Positions 1 to 8,993 of a DNA stretch of 36,404 nt are shown piece after piece. The position numbers and the translations under genes were made by a program. Below the pieces are notes generated by a model. The model did no database searches. It worked only from the letters and a program-made list of their open reading frames with translations, and was not told the origin of the DNA. The stretch spans positions 1 to 36,404 of the IMG/VR virus record IMGVR_UViG_2923344815_000003; one strand, given 5' to 3'. The DNA is from a virus. Lineage: Duplodnaviria > Heunggongvirae > Uroviricota > Caudoviricetes. The first letter of the stretch is position 1; each line of letters opens with the position of its first letter.

Positions 1-50
1 TCGTTTCGGCGTAATTTTCAGCAAACGATCAAAAGTGGTGAAAAATATCG

Positions 51-78
51 TTGACTCATCGCGCCAGGTAAGTAGAAT
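51..78 (+). promoter_or_regulatory. candidate sigma70 promoter of the tRNA operon
   Basis: TTGACT at 51-56, 16-bp spacer, TAGAAT at 73-78, GC-rich discriminator (gcgcc) before the first tRNA. Confidence 0.4.
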
Positions 79-151
79 GCAACGCATCGAACGGCGGCAC
101 TGATTGCCAGACGATAATAAAATCAAGTGATTAACTGATTGCTTGATGAAT

Positions 152-227
<76 letters not shown>

Positions 228-281
228 GTTTAAAAGACATCGGCCTCAAGCGGATGTCTGGCTGAAAGGCCTGAAGAATTT

Positions 282-355
282 GGCGCGTTAACAAAGCGGT
301 TATGTAGCGGATTGCAAATCCGTCTAGTCCGGTTCGACTCCGGAACGCGCCTCCA
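282..355 (+). tRNA. cysT: tRNA-Cys (anticodon GCA)
   Basis: 74 nt, GGCGCGTTAACAAAGCGGTTATGTAGCGGATTGCAAATCCG...CGCCTCCA; anticodon loop gattGCAaatc. Confidence 0.93.
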
Positions 356-367
356 CTTTCTTCCCGA

Positions 368-454
368 GCCCGGATGGTGGAATCGGTAGACACAAGGGAT
401 TTAAAATCCCTCGGCGTTCGCGCTGTGCGGGTTCAAGTCCCGCTCCGGGTACCA
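368..454 (+). tRNA. leuZ: tRNA-Leu (anticodon TAA), long variable arm
   Basis: 87 nt, GCCCGGATGGTGGAATCGGTAGACACAAGGGATTTAAAATCCC...GGGTACCA; class II tRNA. Confidence 0.93.
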
Positions 455-497
455 TGGGAAAGATAAGAATAAAATCAAAGCAATAAGCAGTGTCGTG

Positions 498-521
498 AAA
501 CCACCTTCGGGTGGTTTTTTT
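498..521 (+). terminator. rho-independent terminator of the tRNA operon
   Basis: stem ccacc / ggtgg with ttcg loop followed by a run of T. Confidence 0.6.
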
Positions 522-993
522 GTATTTGTATTTTGTTAAATGGCGGTAAAGTGGCGATGGTGTGGCGATATGCAGAAATAATGATAGTACACGTCTGTTT
601 AAACTCTAAGGGTGAAGCAAAACTCTCCTGCAACTCATCTGCATTTCGCATATTGAACTAGGGCCTTGGTTAAACCAAAGTTTTTTCTGGGATCTTCCCA
701 CTCAACTTCATTTTTCCTCCTACCATCCACCAAAAGGTGTCTGCGCTACTCTATCTTTTTTAATCTGACAACATCCTGAGAAAAGACAAATTCGTTAGAT
801 TTACTGTCTTTCTGCTGCCTCGAATGCTGATGTCTGCAGCACTGATAATAACTCTATCTCTTTGATATAGATCTTTTTTTTGATGAATTGCACGGCATAT
901 TATCGTGATTGCACCTTCTTGTTAAAGGTGTTGTACTCCTCATCTCGATTTTATGATGTGGGCTATGATTGGTTAGTAATAGAGTGTATCGGT

Positions 994-1275
994 ATGCGAT
1001 GTGGTTTATTAATGGCAATCTGCCTTTGTTTGGTATCTTTTAGTGGGTATGCAGCAACAGGAAAGTCAGATGCTCAGATCAAGAAAGAAATAATTAAAGA
1101 ATCCATTGAATCTTATCCAGGCAATTGTGCGTGTCCGTATAATCATGCAAGGAATGGTAGTAGATGTGGTGGACGCAGTGCATATAGCCGTACTGGAGGG
1201 TATGACGTGGTATGTTATGAAAGAGATGTTACCGATGAAATGATCCGGCAATGGAAGCAGGAGAATGCTGAGTAA
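994..1275 (+). CDS. small Cys-rich exported hypothetical protein (signal-peptide-like N-terminus)
   Basis: ORF 880-1275 in track; internal Met at 994 gives MRCGLLMAICLCLVSFSGYAA hydrophobic leader then Cys-rich mature part (GNCACPYN...RCGGRSAY...VVCYE); AT-rich by eye; start choice uncertain. Confidence 0.45.
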   Translation: MRCGLLMAICLCLVSFSGYAATGKSDAQIKKEIIKESIESYPGNCACPYNHARNGSRCGGRSAYSRTGGYDVVCYERDVTDEMIRQWKQENAE

Positions 1276-1352
1276 TCTCTTTTAACTGATTTGTTGTGCG
1301 AGCATTTTGTGCAGTTAACAGCTCACTAGCTAGTGAGAGTTCCAAAAAGAAA

Positions 1353-1376
1353 CCCCGCAGTTTTTACGCTGCGGGG
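1353..1376. terminator. bidirectional hairpin terminator
   Basis: ccccgcag / ctgcgggg stem; T-tract on plus side (ttgttatt) and on minus side (tttcttttt); lies between ORF 994-1275 and the hok/ogr transcription unit. Confidence 0.5.
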
Positions 1377-1464
1377 TTGTTATTCATGCCAATGAGATAG
1401 GGTGCCTTATCGGCCTTACCCTAGCAACCGATTGACGGGGAGTTGCCTCCCCGTCGCGGTTTCC

Positions 1465-1605
1465 TTACTGCTTACACTGTAAGAACGCCGCAAACTCCGC
1501 TCCCCAGAAGCTCATCCGTATTTCACACAGCGAACCGTGCAGCATCCAGATGATGAGGATTACCGTCACGCAGAACGTGATGGCCGTAAGCGATTTTTGC
1601 GACAT
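1465..1605 (-). CDS. hok: Hok/Gef-family type I toxin (small membrane peptide), 46 aa
   Basis: Hand translation of minus strand: MSQKSLTAITFCVTVILIIWMLHGSLCEIRMSFWGAEFAAFLQCKQ; TM helix followed by SLCEIR...EFAAF signature of Hok family; GGAG RBS upstream; too short to appear in the ORF track. Confidence 0.7.
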   Translation of the reverse strand: MSQKSLTAITFCVTVILIIWMLHGSLCEIRMSFWGAEFAAFLQCKQ

Positions 1606-1794
1606 AGCGCTTGCTCCTTTGTTGGAGAGGCGCTAACCTATCACTTGCTAGGTTGACGGGTTAGGGCCTCGGTTAAACAGAAATGTTTTCCGGGGCCTTT
1701 CCACATCCGGCCTTCGGGTATTCCCTCCGACCATCAGCCGAAAGGCACCCGCACGTAATCTATCGCTTTTTTGTTACTCCGGCAATTCTGCCTG

Positions 1795-2055
1795 TTAATT
1801 CTGAGGTAAAGGCAAACTCATCTGATTGTTTCCCCTGTGTGAAGCTGGCAGCTCATGCCACGGGATACCTTCTGATGAGTGAACGCCGGAGGCGTGTTTC
1901 GATGTGAATTTATGGAAAGCTTCCAGTGTTGAGAAGCATACGCCGCATTCCAGGTTGTTACACTGGTAATACTTTTGCCGCACGGTGTTTGAATCATTTT
2001 CCGGACGACTGGTGCGGATACGGGCAGATGCGCCACAAAGCGGACAACGGAACAT
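1795..2055 (-). CDS. ogr: Ogr/Delta-family zinc-finger late-gene activator
   Basis: MFRCPLCGASARIRTSR...YYQCNNLEC: C-x2-C ... C-x4-C arrangement and N-terminus as in P2 Ogr; AAGGGAGG RBS upstream. Confidence 0.85.
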   Translation of the reverse strand: MFRCPLCGASARIRTSRPENDSNTVRQKYYQCNNLECGVCFSTLEAFHKFTSKHASGVHSSEGIPWHELPASHRGNNQMSLPLPQN

Positions 2056-2097
2056 AGCGACCTCCCTTAACGTGGTGCTGCCGCTATTCTAAGTTGC

Positions 2098-3207
2098 TCA
2101 CTCTGTTTCCGCTATCCATTCCGGGATTTTTGCCTCAAGCTCAAGCTGCGTGGTAAAGCCGCTGTTATCAATGGTGTGCCCGGCTTTTGCAATAATCCAG
2201 TCCTGATTATCAATCTCGCTTTTAAATCCTGTTACCGTGCCATGCATTTCGGGGTAGAGTTCTGCTCGTCCACGTGCCAGCGTGATGGAGAATGATGCGG
2301 CTCCGCGTTGTAGTTGTTGCCACTTTGCCGCCGCTGCGCGTCTTGCTGCCTGCTCGTTCTGATAAGTCTTGCGTAACACAAACACATTGCCTTCCGCGCC
2401 TTCCATATAATCACCTTCACGGCTGCTGCTTTTCTCTTTTTTCGGTTTTGGCGGTTTGCGGCGTTTCACGCTGACTTTTTTCTTTTTCCCGTAATTAAGA
2501 TCAAGCCAGTAAGCGCGTACCCCCGTATACGCTTCGCGGTCAGCAATGCGGAACTGATGGCGATCGCCGCTGCTGCGTGTGATGGCGAACGATGGCAACG
2601 GCTGGCCCTGTGCGTTCACGCCACCGCCGGGCATGATGAATAACAGATTGCCGCTTTTTACCGTGGTGATTGCGCCCAGCATTTCCGCCATGCGCGTAAG
2701 GAAGGACATGTCGCTTTCTTCGGTCTGGTCGGCGTGGTCGATTTCGATATCCATCAGCATTTCGCTGATTTGCGGTTTCAGACCATACCGATGAGCGATG
2801 GCGGATACCACACGCTCAACGGTCACATCATGCCAGGACACCTCACGTTTAACGTTAAATTCATCCCGAAAATCTGCGCTTCTGGCTGAAACAGTCAGCC
2901 TGTCCGGCGGTCCTTCGTGAGCGATTTCATCAACAATGTAAGTGCCTTTTTCTGTCAGCGGTTCTCCTTTCCAGCCAATGAGAACCGTCAGGCGCGCGCC
3001 CCGTGGCGGTAGCAGCAACTGACCATCCGCATCATCCAGCGTGATGGTGAGCTGGTCCGCCTCAAATCCCCGGTTGTCGGTCAGTGACAGGCTCATCAGG
3101 CGCTCTGCCACGCCTGACAGCGTTTTACCCTCCGCGAGAATATCAAAATCCGGCATTTTTACGGGGTCTGTGCCCTGACTGAGCAATTGCATGGTGGTGT
3201 CGGTCAT
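2098..3207 (-). CDS. D: P2 gpD-like tail protein (late control D)
   Basis: Track ORF 2098-3339; likely start at 3207 (MTDTTMQLL...) preceded by AGGGAGGGAG RBS; sequence typical of gpD family. Confidence 0.85.
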   Translation of the reverse strand: MTDTTMQLLSQGTDPVKMPDFDILAEGKTLSGVAERLMSLSLTDNRGFEADQLTITLDDADGQLLLPPRGARLTVLIGWKGEPLTEKGTYIVDEIAHEGPPDRLTVSARSADFRDEFNVKREVSWHDVTVERVVSAIAHRYGLKPQISEMLMDIEIDHADQTEESDMSFLTRMAEMLGAITTVKSGNLLFIMPGGGVNAQGQPLPSFAITRSSGDRHQFRIADREAYTGVRAYWLDLNYGKKKKVSVKRRKPPKPKKEKSSSREGDYMEGAEGNVFVLRKTYQNEQAARRAAAAKWQQLQRGAASFSITLARGRAELYPEMHGTVTGFKSEIDNQDWIIAKAGHTIDNSGFTTQLELEAKIPEWIAETE

Positions 3208-3364
3208 CTGCTCCCTCCCTGTGCGGCATGGTCGCATGTGCGTGCGGAGGGGGTTACTGCTTTTTGTTGTCGCCGTGGCGGGAGAACGGCGCAGGGGTGA
3301 GATTACGCGCGTGGTGGGTGATGATTGTTGCCGAATCATTTAACGGATACAAGGGGCTGAAGCT

Positions 3365-4549
3365 ATGAGTGAAACTCGTTTTCATGGTGCCCGTGTTACG
3401 GAAAATACCGACCTGGTAACAGCGATTAACGATGTTGATTCCAGCGTTATCGGTATCGTGGCAACGGCGGATGATGCGGACGCGAAGCTGTTCCCGCTGA
3501 ACAAGCCCACACTGCTGACCCGCGTCAATGACGTGCTGGGAAAATGCGGGACAACGGGGACGCTTTATCGTGCGCTTAAGGCCATCGCAGACCAGGTGAG
3601 CACAAAGGTGATCGTCGTTCGCGTGGCTGAACACAAAGAAGAAGACGGAAAAACGCAGGATCAACTGGTTATCGGTGGTTCTGAATCTGACGGCAGCTAT
3701 ACGGGGATGTATGCGCTGCTTGTTGCAGAGCAGGATGAAAGCATCGGATACCGTCCGCGTATTCTGGCCGCGCCGGAGCTGGACACGGAGGCGGTAACAA
3801 AATCCCTGTGCGTGATTGCGGGTAAACTGCGCGCGTTTGTGTATGCCTCATGTCACGGCTGTAACACGATGGCTGAGGCGATTACCTACCGCCAGAAATT
3901 CAACGAACGTGAGGTGATGCTCTTATGGCCGGACTTCATCGCCTACAACCCGAAAAGTGGCAAAAACGAAACGTTCCCCGCGCCTGCTTATGCGTGCGGC
4001 CTTCGTGCGTACATTGACCATGAGCAGGGCTGGCACAAATCACTGTCCAACGTTCCGGTTAAAAATGTGCTGGGGATGTCCCGGCATGTGTTCTGGTCGT
4101 TGCAGGCCGAAGACAGCGATGCCAACAGCCTCAATAACAAAGAAATCACGACCATTATTCGTCGCAACGGGTTCCGCTTCTGGGGCAACCGCACACCGGA
4201 AACGAACGCCTACATCTTTGAGGTGTATACCCGAACCGCACAGGTGCTGGCTGATTCAATTGCGGAAGCGCAGTTTGAAACCATCGACAGTCCACTGACG
4301 CCTGCGAACGTGAAAGATGTTATCAGTGCCATCAGGGCAAAACTGGATTCGCTGGTGACTGCCGGGAAACTGATTGGGGCGTCGTGCTGGTATGACGTGG
4401 TGGATAACGGCACCACGGATTTACGTCAGGGACGTGTGCGTATTCGCTACAAATATACGCCCGTTCCGCCACTGGAAGACATGGAGCTTTACCAGACGTT
4501 TACTGATGAATACTTTGAACCCGCATTTGCGGTGCTGGGAGGTGCCTGA
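3365..4549 (+). CDS. FI: contractile tail sheath protein (gpFI)
   Basis: 394 aa, size and sequence character of P2 FI sheath; followed directly by tube gene. Confidence 0.9.
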   Translation: MSETRFHGARVTENTDLVTAINDVDSSVIGIVATADDADAKLFPLNKPTLLTRVNDVLGKCGTTGTLYRALKAIADQVSTKVIVVRVAEHKEEDGKTQDQLVIGGSESDGSYTGMYALLVAEQDESIGYRPRILAAPELDTEAVTKSLCVIAGKLRAFVYASCHGCNTMAEAITYRQKFNEREVMLLWPDFIAYNPKSGKNETFPAPAYACGLRAYIDHEQGWHKSLSNVPVKNVLGMSRHVFWSLQAEDSDANSLNNKEITTIIRRNGFRFWGNRTPETNAYIFEVYTRTAQVLADSIAEAQFETIDSPLTPANVKDVISAIRAKLDSLVTAGKLIGASCWYDVVDNGTTDLRQGRVRIRYKYTPVPPLEDMELYQTFTDEYFEPAFAVLGGA

Positions 4550-5061
4550 TGGCTGTGCCAAAACATCTTCGCTTTTTTACGCTGTTTGTGGATGGTGAAA
4601 ACGAAGTGGGTAAGGTGACGTCCGTCACCCTGCCTAAACTGACGCGCAAAACCGACAGCTACCGGGGTGGTGGCATGATGGGGGCGGTAAGTATTGATCT
4701 CGGTCTGGACGACTCCGCGCTTGATGCGAGCTTTGTCATGGGGGGCGCAGTTCGTGAGCTGTTTCTTAAGTATGGCGGCACGATTGACGGCACGCTGCTG
4801 CGTTTTGCGGGTGAATACTACACCGATGCAGAAAGCGACCTGTATGAAGTCGAAATGCGCGGACGTGTGACGGAAATTGATATGGGGGAAGCCAAACAGG
4901 GCGAAGCCACATCACACACTTACGCCATTAAAAACACCTACTACAAGCTGAGTGTTAACGATCGCCCGTTGTGGGAGATTGACCTGCTGAACTTCATTTA
5001 CCGGAAGGACGGCAAGGACATTGTGCCCGATCGCATCCGTTCCGCGCTTGGGCTTGGCTGA
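4549..5061 (+). CDS. FII: tail tube protein (gpFII)
   Basis: 170 aa; start overlaps FI stop (ATGA-type overlap); P2 FII-like. Confidence 0.9.
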   Translation: MAVPKHLRFFTLFVDGENEVGKVTSVTLPKLTRKTDSYRGGGMMGAVSIDLGLDDSALDASFVMGGAVRELFLKYGGTIDGTLLRFAGEYYTDAESDLYEVEMRGRVTEIDMGEAKQGEATSHTYAIKNTYYKLSVNDRPLWEIDLLNFIYRKDGKDIVPDRIRSALGLG

Positions 5062-5116
5062 TAAGTAATATGCAGGCGGCGCAGTGCGTCGCCTCTGACT
5101 GAAAAGGAGACAACTG

Positions 5117-5491
5117 ATGAAAGACATCGATACTGAAACCCGGAATAACACCGTGGCGGATGATGTGACGGCAGGTGAGGATATGGCTGTCGAACGTGGC
5201 GTAAAACTGACCCGACCAATTGAGCGTGGTGGCGAAAAAATCACGTATGTGGAGATCACCGGGGCTATTGAGCAGGCTGGATCCCTGCGTGGTCTGTCGC
5301 TGTCTGATGTGCTGAATCTGAAAGCGGATACCATGTTTACGCTGTTGCCTCGCGTGACCTCGCCACGACTGGATGAAGTGATGATTAAAAAAATGTCGTC
5401 ACGCGATTTTATTCAGTTGTGCGCTGTGGCTGTAAATTTTATGAGCGAGCCAGACTCTGGCGCGAAGAGCGTGCAGGAGACGGCAGCGTAA
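5117..5491 (+). CDS. E: tail assembly chaperone gpE
   Basis: 124 aa ORF between tube and tape-measure genes, the conserved position of E. Confidence 0.8.
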   Translation: MKDIDTETRNNTVADDVTAGEDMAVERGVKLTRPIERGGEKITYVEITGAIEQAGSLRGLSLSDVLNLKADTMFTLLPRVTSPRLDEVMIKKMSSRDFIQLCAVAVNFMSEPDSGAKSVQETAA

Positions 5492-5655
5492 TCACCCTGG
5501 TGTGCTTTGAGCACATCGAAGATCTGGTGGCGGATATTGCCGCCATTTTTAACTGGTCGCCCGCCGAAATCTTCATGATGACGCCCGGCGAAGTGGTTAG
5601 CTGGCGCGAGCGGGCGGCACTTCGCAGCGGGAATGCAGATAATGAAGACTCTTGA
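5117..5655 (+). CDS. gpE+E' fusion chaperone made by programmed -1 frameshift (predicted)
   Basis: The -1 frame is open from 5389 to 5655 overlapping the E 3' end; candidate slip sites are the A7 run at 5387-5393 and AAATTTT at 5434-5440. Confidence 0.5.
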
Positions 5656-8455
5656 TATCCGGGTCGCTTTCAGCGCCGTTGACAGGCTGACCCGGCCTGC
5701 CGAAAACGCCCGCCGCCTGATGGGGCAGTTTGGTGACTCCATCCAGCGAACGCAGGGGGCGATCAAAAATCTCGAGCGTCAGGCGCGTTCATTTGAGCGT
5801 GCCCGCGACGCTGTCAGTACAGCGGATGCGGGCATCGTGAAAGCACGACGCCAGCTTAACGCCCTTAATCAGTTACAACGCACGGGTACAGTGCTCAGCG
5901 AAAAACAACAAAAGCTGATGCAGCAGTTAAGCACCCGGCTTGAACGCCTGAATGAATCGCGCGCACGGGAAATTCAGAAAATGCGGGAGCTTGGCGGAGA
6001 GCTGAAACGCCACGGCATTTCCCTGACAGGCAGCGATAACACCATCCAGCAGGCCATCAGACGCACCGAACAGTACAACAACCAGCTTGAACGCGAACGG
6101 CAGGCGCTTGCGCGTGTAACGCGGGCGCGTGAGCGGTATTCGCGCTCGCAGGAAACTGCGGGGAAACTGAAAACAGGTGGTGCGCTGGCAACAGGTGCGG
6201 CAGCGGCGGGCGGCTATGCTGCCGGGCGTTTTTTACAGCCCGCGATCGGGTTCGGGAAAGAGATGTCCCGCGTTCAGGCACTGACGCGAATCGACCAGAA
6301 CAGCCCGCAGTTTAAGGCGCTGCGTGAGCAGGCGTTAAAACTTGGCTCTGAAACGCAGTTCACCGCTGGAGATGCCGCCAGTGGACAGGCATTTCTTGCA
6401 ATGGCTGGCTTCACACCACAGGCCATTCAGGCTGCGCTTCCCGGCGTGCTGAGCATGGCAACGGCTGGCGGTATGGATCTCGGCGAGACGGCGGATATTG
6501 GCTCAAATATCCTGACGCAGTTCGGCCTTTCTGCTGACCAGATGGACCGGGTCGGTGACACGCTCACCGCAGCGTTTACCCGTACCAACACTGACCTTCG
6601 CGCACTGGGCGAAACCATGAAATATGCAGGTCCGGTGGCGGGTAAGCTGGGAATATCGCTGGAGCAGGCCGCAGCGATGGCGGGCGTGCTGGCGAATATG
6701 GGTATCAGGGGAAGTGATGCCGGGACGGCAATGCGTGCCAGCCTGGCTCGTCTGGCATCACCGCCAAAGGCGGCAGCAGAGGCGCTGAAAGAGCTGGGTG
6801 TGGCTGTCTCTGACGCAAACGGCAAAATGCGCCCGATGGAGGATGTACTGGCCGACCTTTATAAAGCCACCCGCAAATACGGGGAAGTTGATCGGGTATC
6901 GTTCTTTAAGGACATTGCCGGAGAAGAGGCTTTCACATCATTTATGGCCCTCGTTGATGCGGCAGGTGACGGATCCTTACCTAAACTGAGAAAAGAACTT
7001 GAAGGCGCACGCGGTGAGGCTGAACGCACGGCAAAGGTTATGGCCAACAACCTTGACGGCGATCTGAAATCACTCGGCAGTGCATGGGAAGGGTTGCGCA
7101 TCCGCATTGCAGATCTGATTGACGGTCCGCTGCGTTCTGTCACGCAGTGGCTCACGCGGGTGGTATCAAAGGTGACGGCGCTGGCGCAGGCCCATCCGGC
7201 ACTGACGCGCCAGCTACTGATTGCAGGTGGGGCGTTGCTGGCGATGACTGCAACGGTCGGCTCGTTGTCGCTGGCTATTGGTGTGCTTGCTGGCCCGCTG
7301 GTAAAACTGCGTCTTGGCTTTTCCCTCCTGACCGGATCAATGAATGCTGTCAGGCTCCTGCCAGCACTATGGGGAATGGTGACGGGTTCCGTTTCGTTAC
7401 TGGGGGGCGCTATCGGGGCGCTGCTCAGCCCGGTCGGATTGATTGCTGCTGCGTTTGTGGCTGCGGCGGTTCTCATCTGGAAATACTGGGAACCCATCAA
7501 GGCGTTTTATGCAGGGGTGTTCAGTGGGATTATGGAACGGCTGGCTCCGTTGCGCGAAACCTTTGAACGGTTCGGTCCTGTTTTTGATGTCGTGCGCGAT
7601 GGGATCATTCAGGTCTTTAACTGGTTTAAATCGCTGCTGTCACCGATGGAGTCCGGCAAGGAAACGCTGGATAAATGTACCAGTGCTGGCGAGGTATTCG
7701 GCAGGGTACTCGGTGGAGCGATAGAGCTTGTCCTGACGCCAACAAAAGCATTGATGGATTCACTGGCGTGGATACTTGAAAAGCTCGGAGTGCTTCCGGA
7801 TGAAGCGGAACGGGCGAGAAAGAAAATAGAGAACGCTTCAAAGGCTCCTGTAATGTGGGAATGGGATCCGGTTCTCAAGAAAATGGTTCAGAAACCATGG
7901 ACTCCCGGCCCGGCCCCGTCAGATAAGGTCGACGACAAAAAAGGCGATAAACCCAAAGACAACAAACCGCTCACAGACAACAATACCGGTACGCTGCGCA
8001 GACTCAGCAAAATTGCTGATAACACAGGTAAGCTGGTTGATGAGACGAAAAAACGCATTGGCCCCGGCGATATTGTCTTTAAGAACCTGCCCCGCGCACT
8101 TGCTGTTCGTGGGGAGTGGCAGGAGCGGAAGATTGCGCAGGTCAGTAAGCCTGCCCCCGCAATTAATATCACACCCGTGGTTCCGGCTCCGCTGCCTCCG
8201 GCGCTGGTCCCTGTTGTTGCGGCCAGCTCCCGCCCGGTGGCGGAGGCCATACGATCGCCAGTGGCATCAGTTCCTGCAACTTCCCGTAATCGGGAGCCTG
8301 TTGCCTCCGGATTTGGTGGTGAAATTCATGTTCATCTGCATAACGTTGTTACACAGAATCCCCGCGAACTGGCGAAACTGGTTGGCGAAATGGTCAGGGC
8401 AGAAATGGAACGGCGCGCCCGTGCCGGGCGTGGCAGTTTTTACGATAAAGATTGA
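5633..8455 (+). CDS. T: tail tape measure protein (gpT)
   Basis: 940 aa, coiled-coil rich N-terminus, Gly/Ala-rich hydrophobic middle, position after E/E'. Confidence 0.9.
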   Translation: MQIMKTLDIRVAFSAVDRLTRPAENARRLMGQFGDSIQRTQGAIKNLERQARSFERARDAVSTADAGIVKARRQLNALNQLQRTGTVLSEKQQKLMQQLSTRLERLNESRAREIQKMRELGGELKRHGISLTGSDNTIQQAIRRTEQYNNQLERERQALARVTRARERYSRSQETAGKLKTGGALATGAAAAGGYAAGRFLQPAIGFGKEMSRVQALTRIDQNSPQFKALREQALKLGSETQFTAGDAASGQAFLAMAGFTPQAIQAALPGVLSMATAGGMDLGETADIGSNILTQFGLSADQMDRVGDTLTAAFTRTNTDLRALGETMKYAGPVAGKLGISLEQAAAMAGVLANMGIRGSDAGTAMRASLARLASPPKAAAEALKELGVAVSDANGKMRPMEDVLADLYKATRKYGEVDRVSFFKDIAGEEAFTSFMALVDAAGDGSLPKLRKELEGARGEAERTAKVMANNLDGDLKSLGSAWEGLRIRIADLIDGPLRSVTQWLTRVVSKVTALAQAHPALTRQLLIAGGALLAMTATVGSLSLAIGVLAGPLVKLRLGFSLLTGSMNAVRLLPALWGMVTGSVSLLGGAIGALLSPVGLIAAAFVAAAVLIWKYWEPIKAFYAGVFSGIMERLAPLRETFERFGPVFDVVRDGIIQVFNWFKSLLSPMESGKETLDKCTSAGEVFGRVLGGAIELVLTPTKALMDSLAWILEKLGVLPDEAERARKKIENASKAPVMWEWDPVLKKMVQKPWTPGPAPSDKVDDKKGDKPKDNKPLTDNNTGTLRRLSKIADNTGKLVDETKKRIGPGDIVFKNLPRALAVRGEWQERKIAQVSKPAPAINITPVVPAPLPPALVPVVAASSRPVAEAIRSPVASVPATSRNREPVASGFGGEIHVHLHNVVTQNPRELAKLVGEMVRAEMERRARAGRGSFYDKD

Positions 8456-8461
8456 GGAGTC

Positions 8462-8956
8462 ATGGCCATGATGATGATCTACGGCATGTTTGTTTTTGAG
8501 CTGCGCACATTGCCGCATCAGCAGTTACAGCAAAACAAAAGCTGGCGGCATGTGAAAAATGAACGCGTTAACCGTTCAGCAAGCTGGCAGTATATCGGTG
8601 CAGGTGATGATCGCATCGTGCTTTCAGGCGTGCTTTATCCTGAAATTACAGGTGGCGAAGTGTCGCTGTCGCTGCTGACCACGCAGGCATATACAGGACG
8701 CCCCTGGCCTCTGATTGATGGCGTCGGGCAGATTTACGGCATGTATGTCCTGACCGAAACGAGTACGACCCGCTCTGAATTTGATCGCTACGGTAAGGCG
8801 AAAAAAATAGAATTTTCACTGACCCTTGAACGCTGTGATGAGGATTTGCGGGAGCGTCTGCAATCCTCATCGTTCAGCGATATGCTGTCCGGCTTCAAAG
8901 ATAAAGTGACATCATCTCTTAACAGCGCGGCCAGTTCAGTTAAAGGGCTGTTCTGA
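8462..8956 (+). CDS. U: tail protein gpU
   Basis: 164 aa, MAMMMIYGMFVFELRTLPHQQLQ N-terminus like P2 U. Confidence 0.85.
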   Translation: MAMMMIYGMFVFELRTLPHQQLQQNKSWRHVKNERVNRSASWQYIGAGDDRIVLSGVLYPEITGGEVSLSLLTTQAYTGRPWPLIDGVGQIYGMYVLTETSTTRSEFDRYGKAKKIEFSLTLERCDEDLRERLQSSSFSDMLSGFKDKVTSSLNSAASSVKGLF

Positions 8957-8968
8957 TTTAACACAAAA

Positions 8969-8993
8969 ACCGCTAATGGCCAGATTAGCGGTT
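8969..8993. terminator. bidirectional terminator between convergent U and invertase genes
   Basis: accgctaat / attagcggt stem, T-tracts on both strands. Confidence 0.5.

Noticed and set aside
3208-3364. Ogr-dependent late promoter dyad (TGT-N12-ACA) upstream of FI, and likewise at 22390-22510
   Set aside because: No exact TGT-N12-ACA found by eye; promoter elements left unassigned.
6057-8250. Multiple ORFs on both strands within the tape-measure gene
   Set aside because: Embedded in the 940-aa T ORF; Ala/Ser/Pro-rich artefacts.
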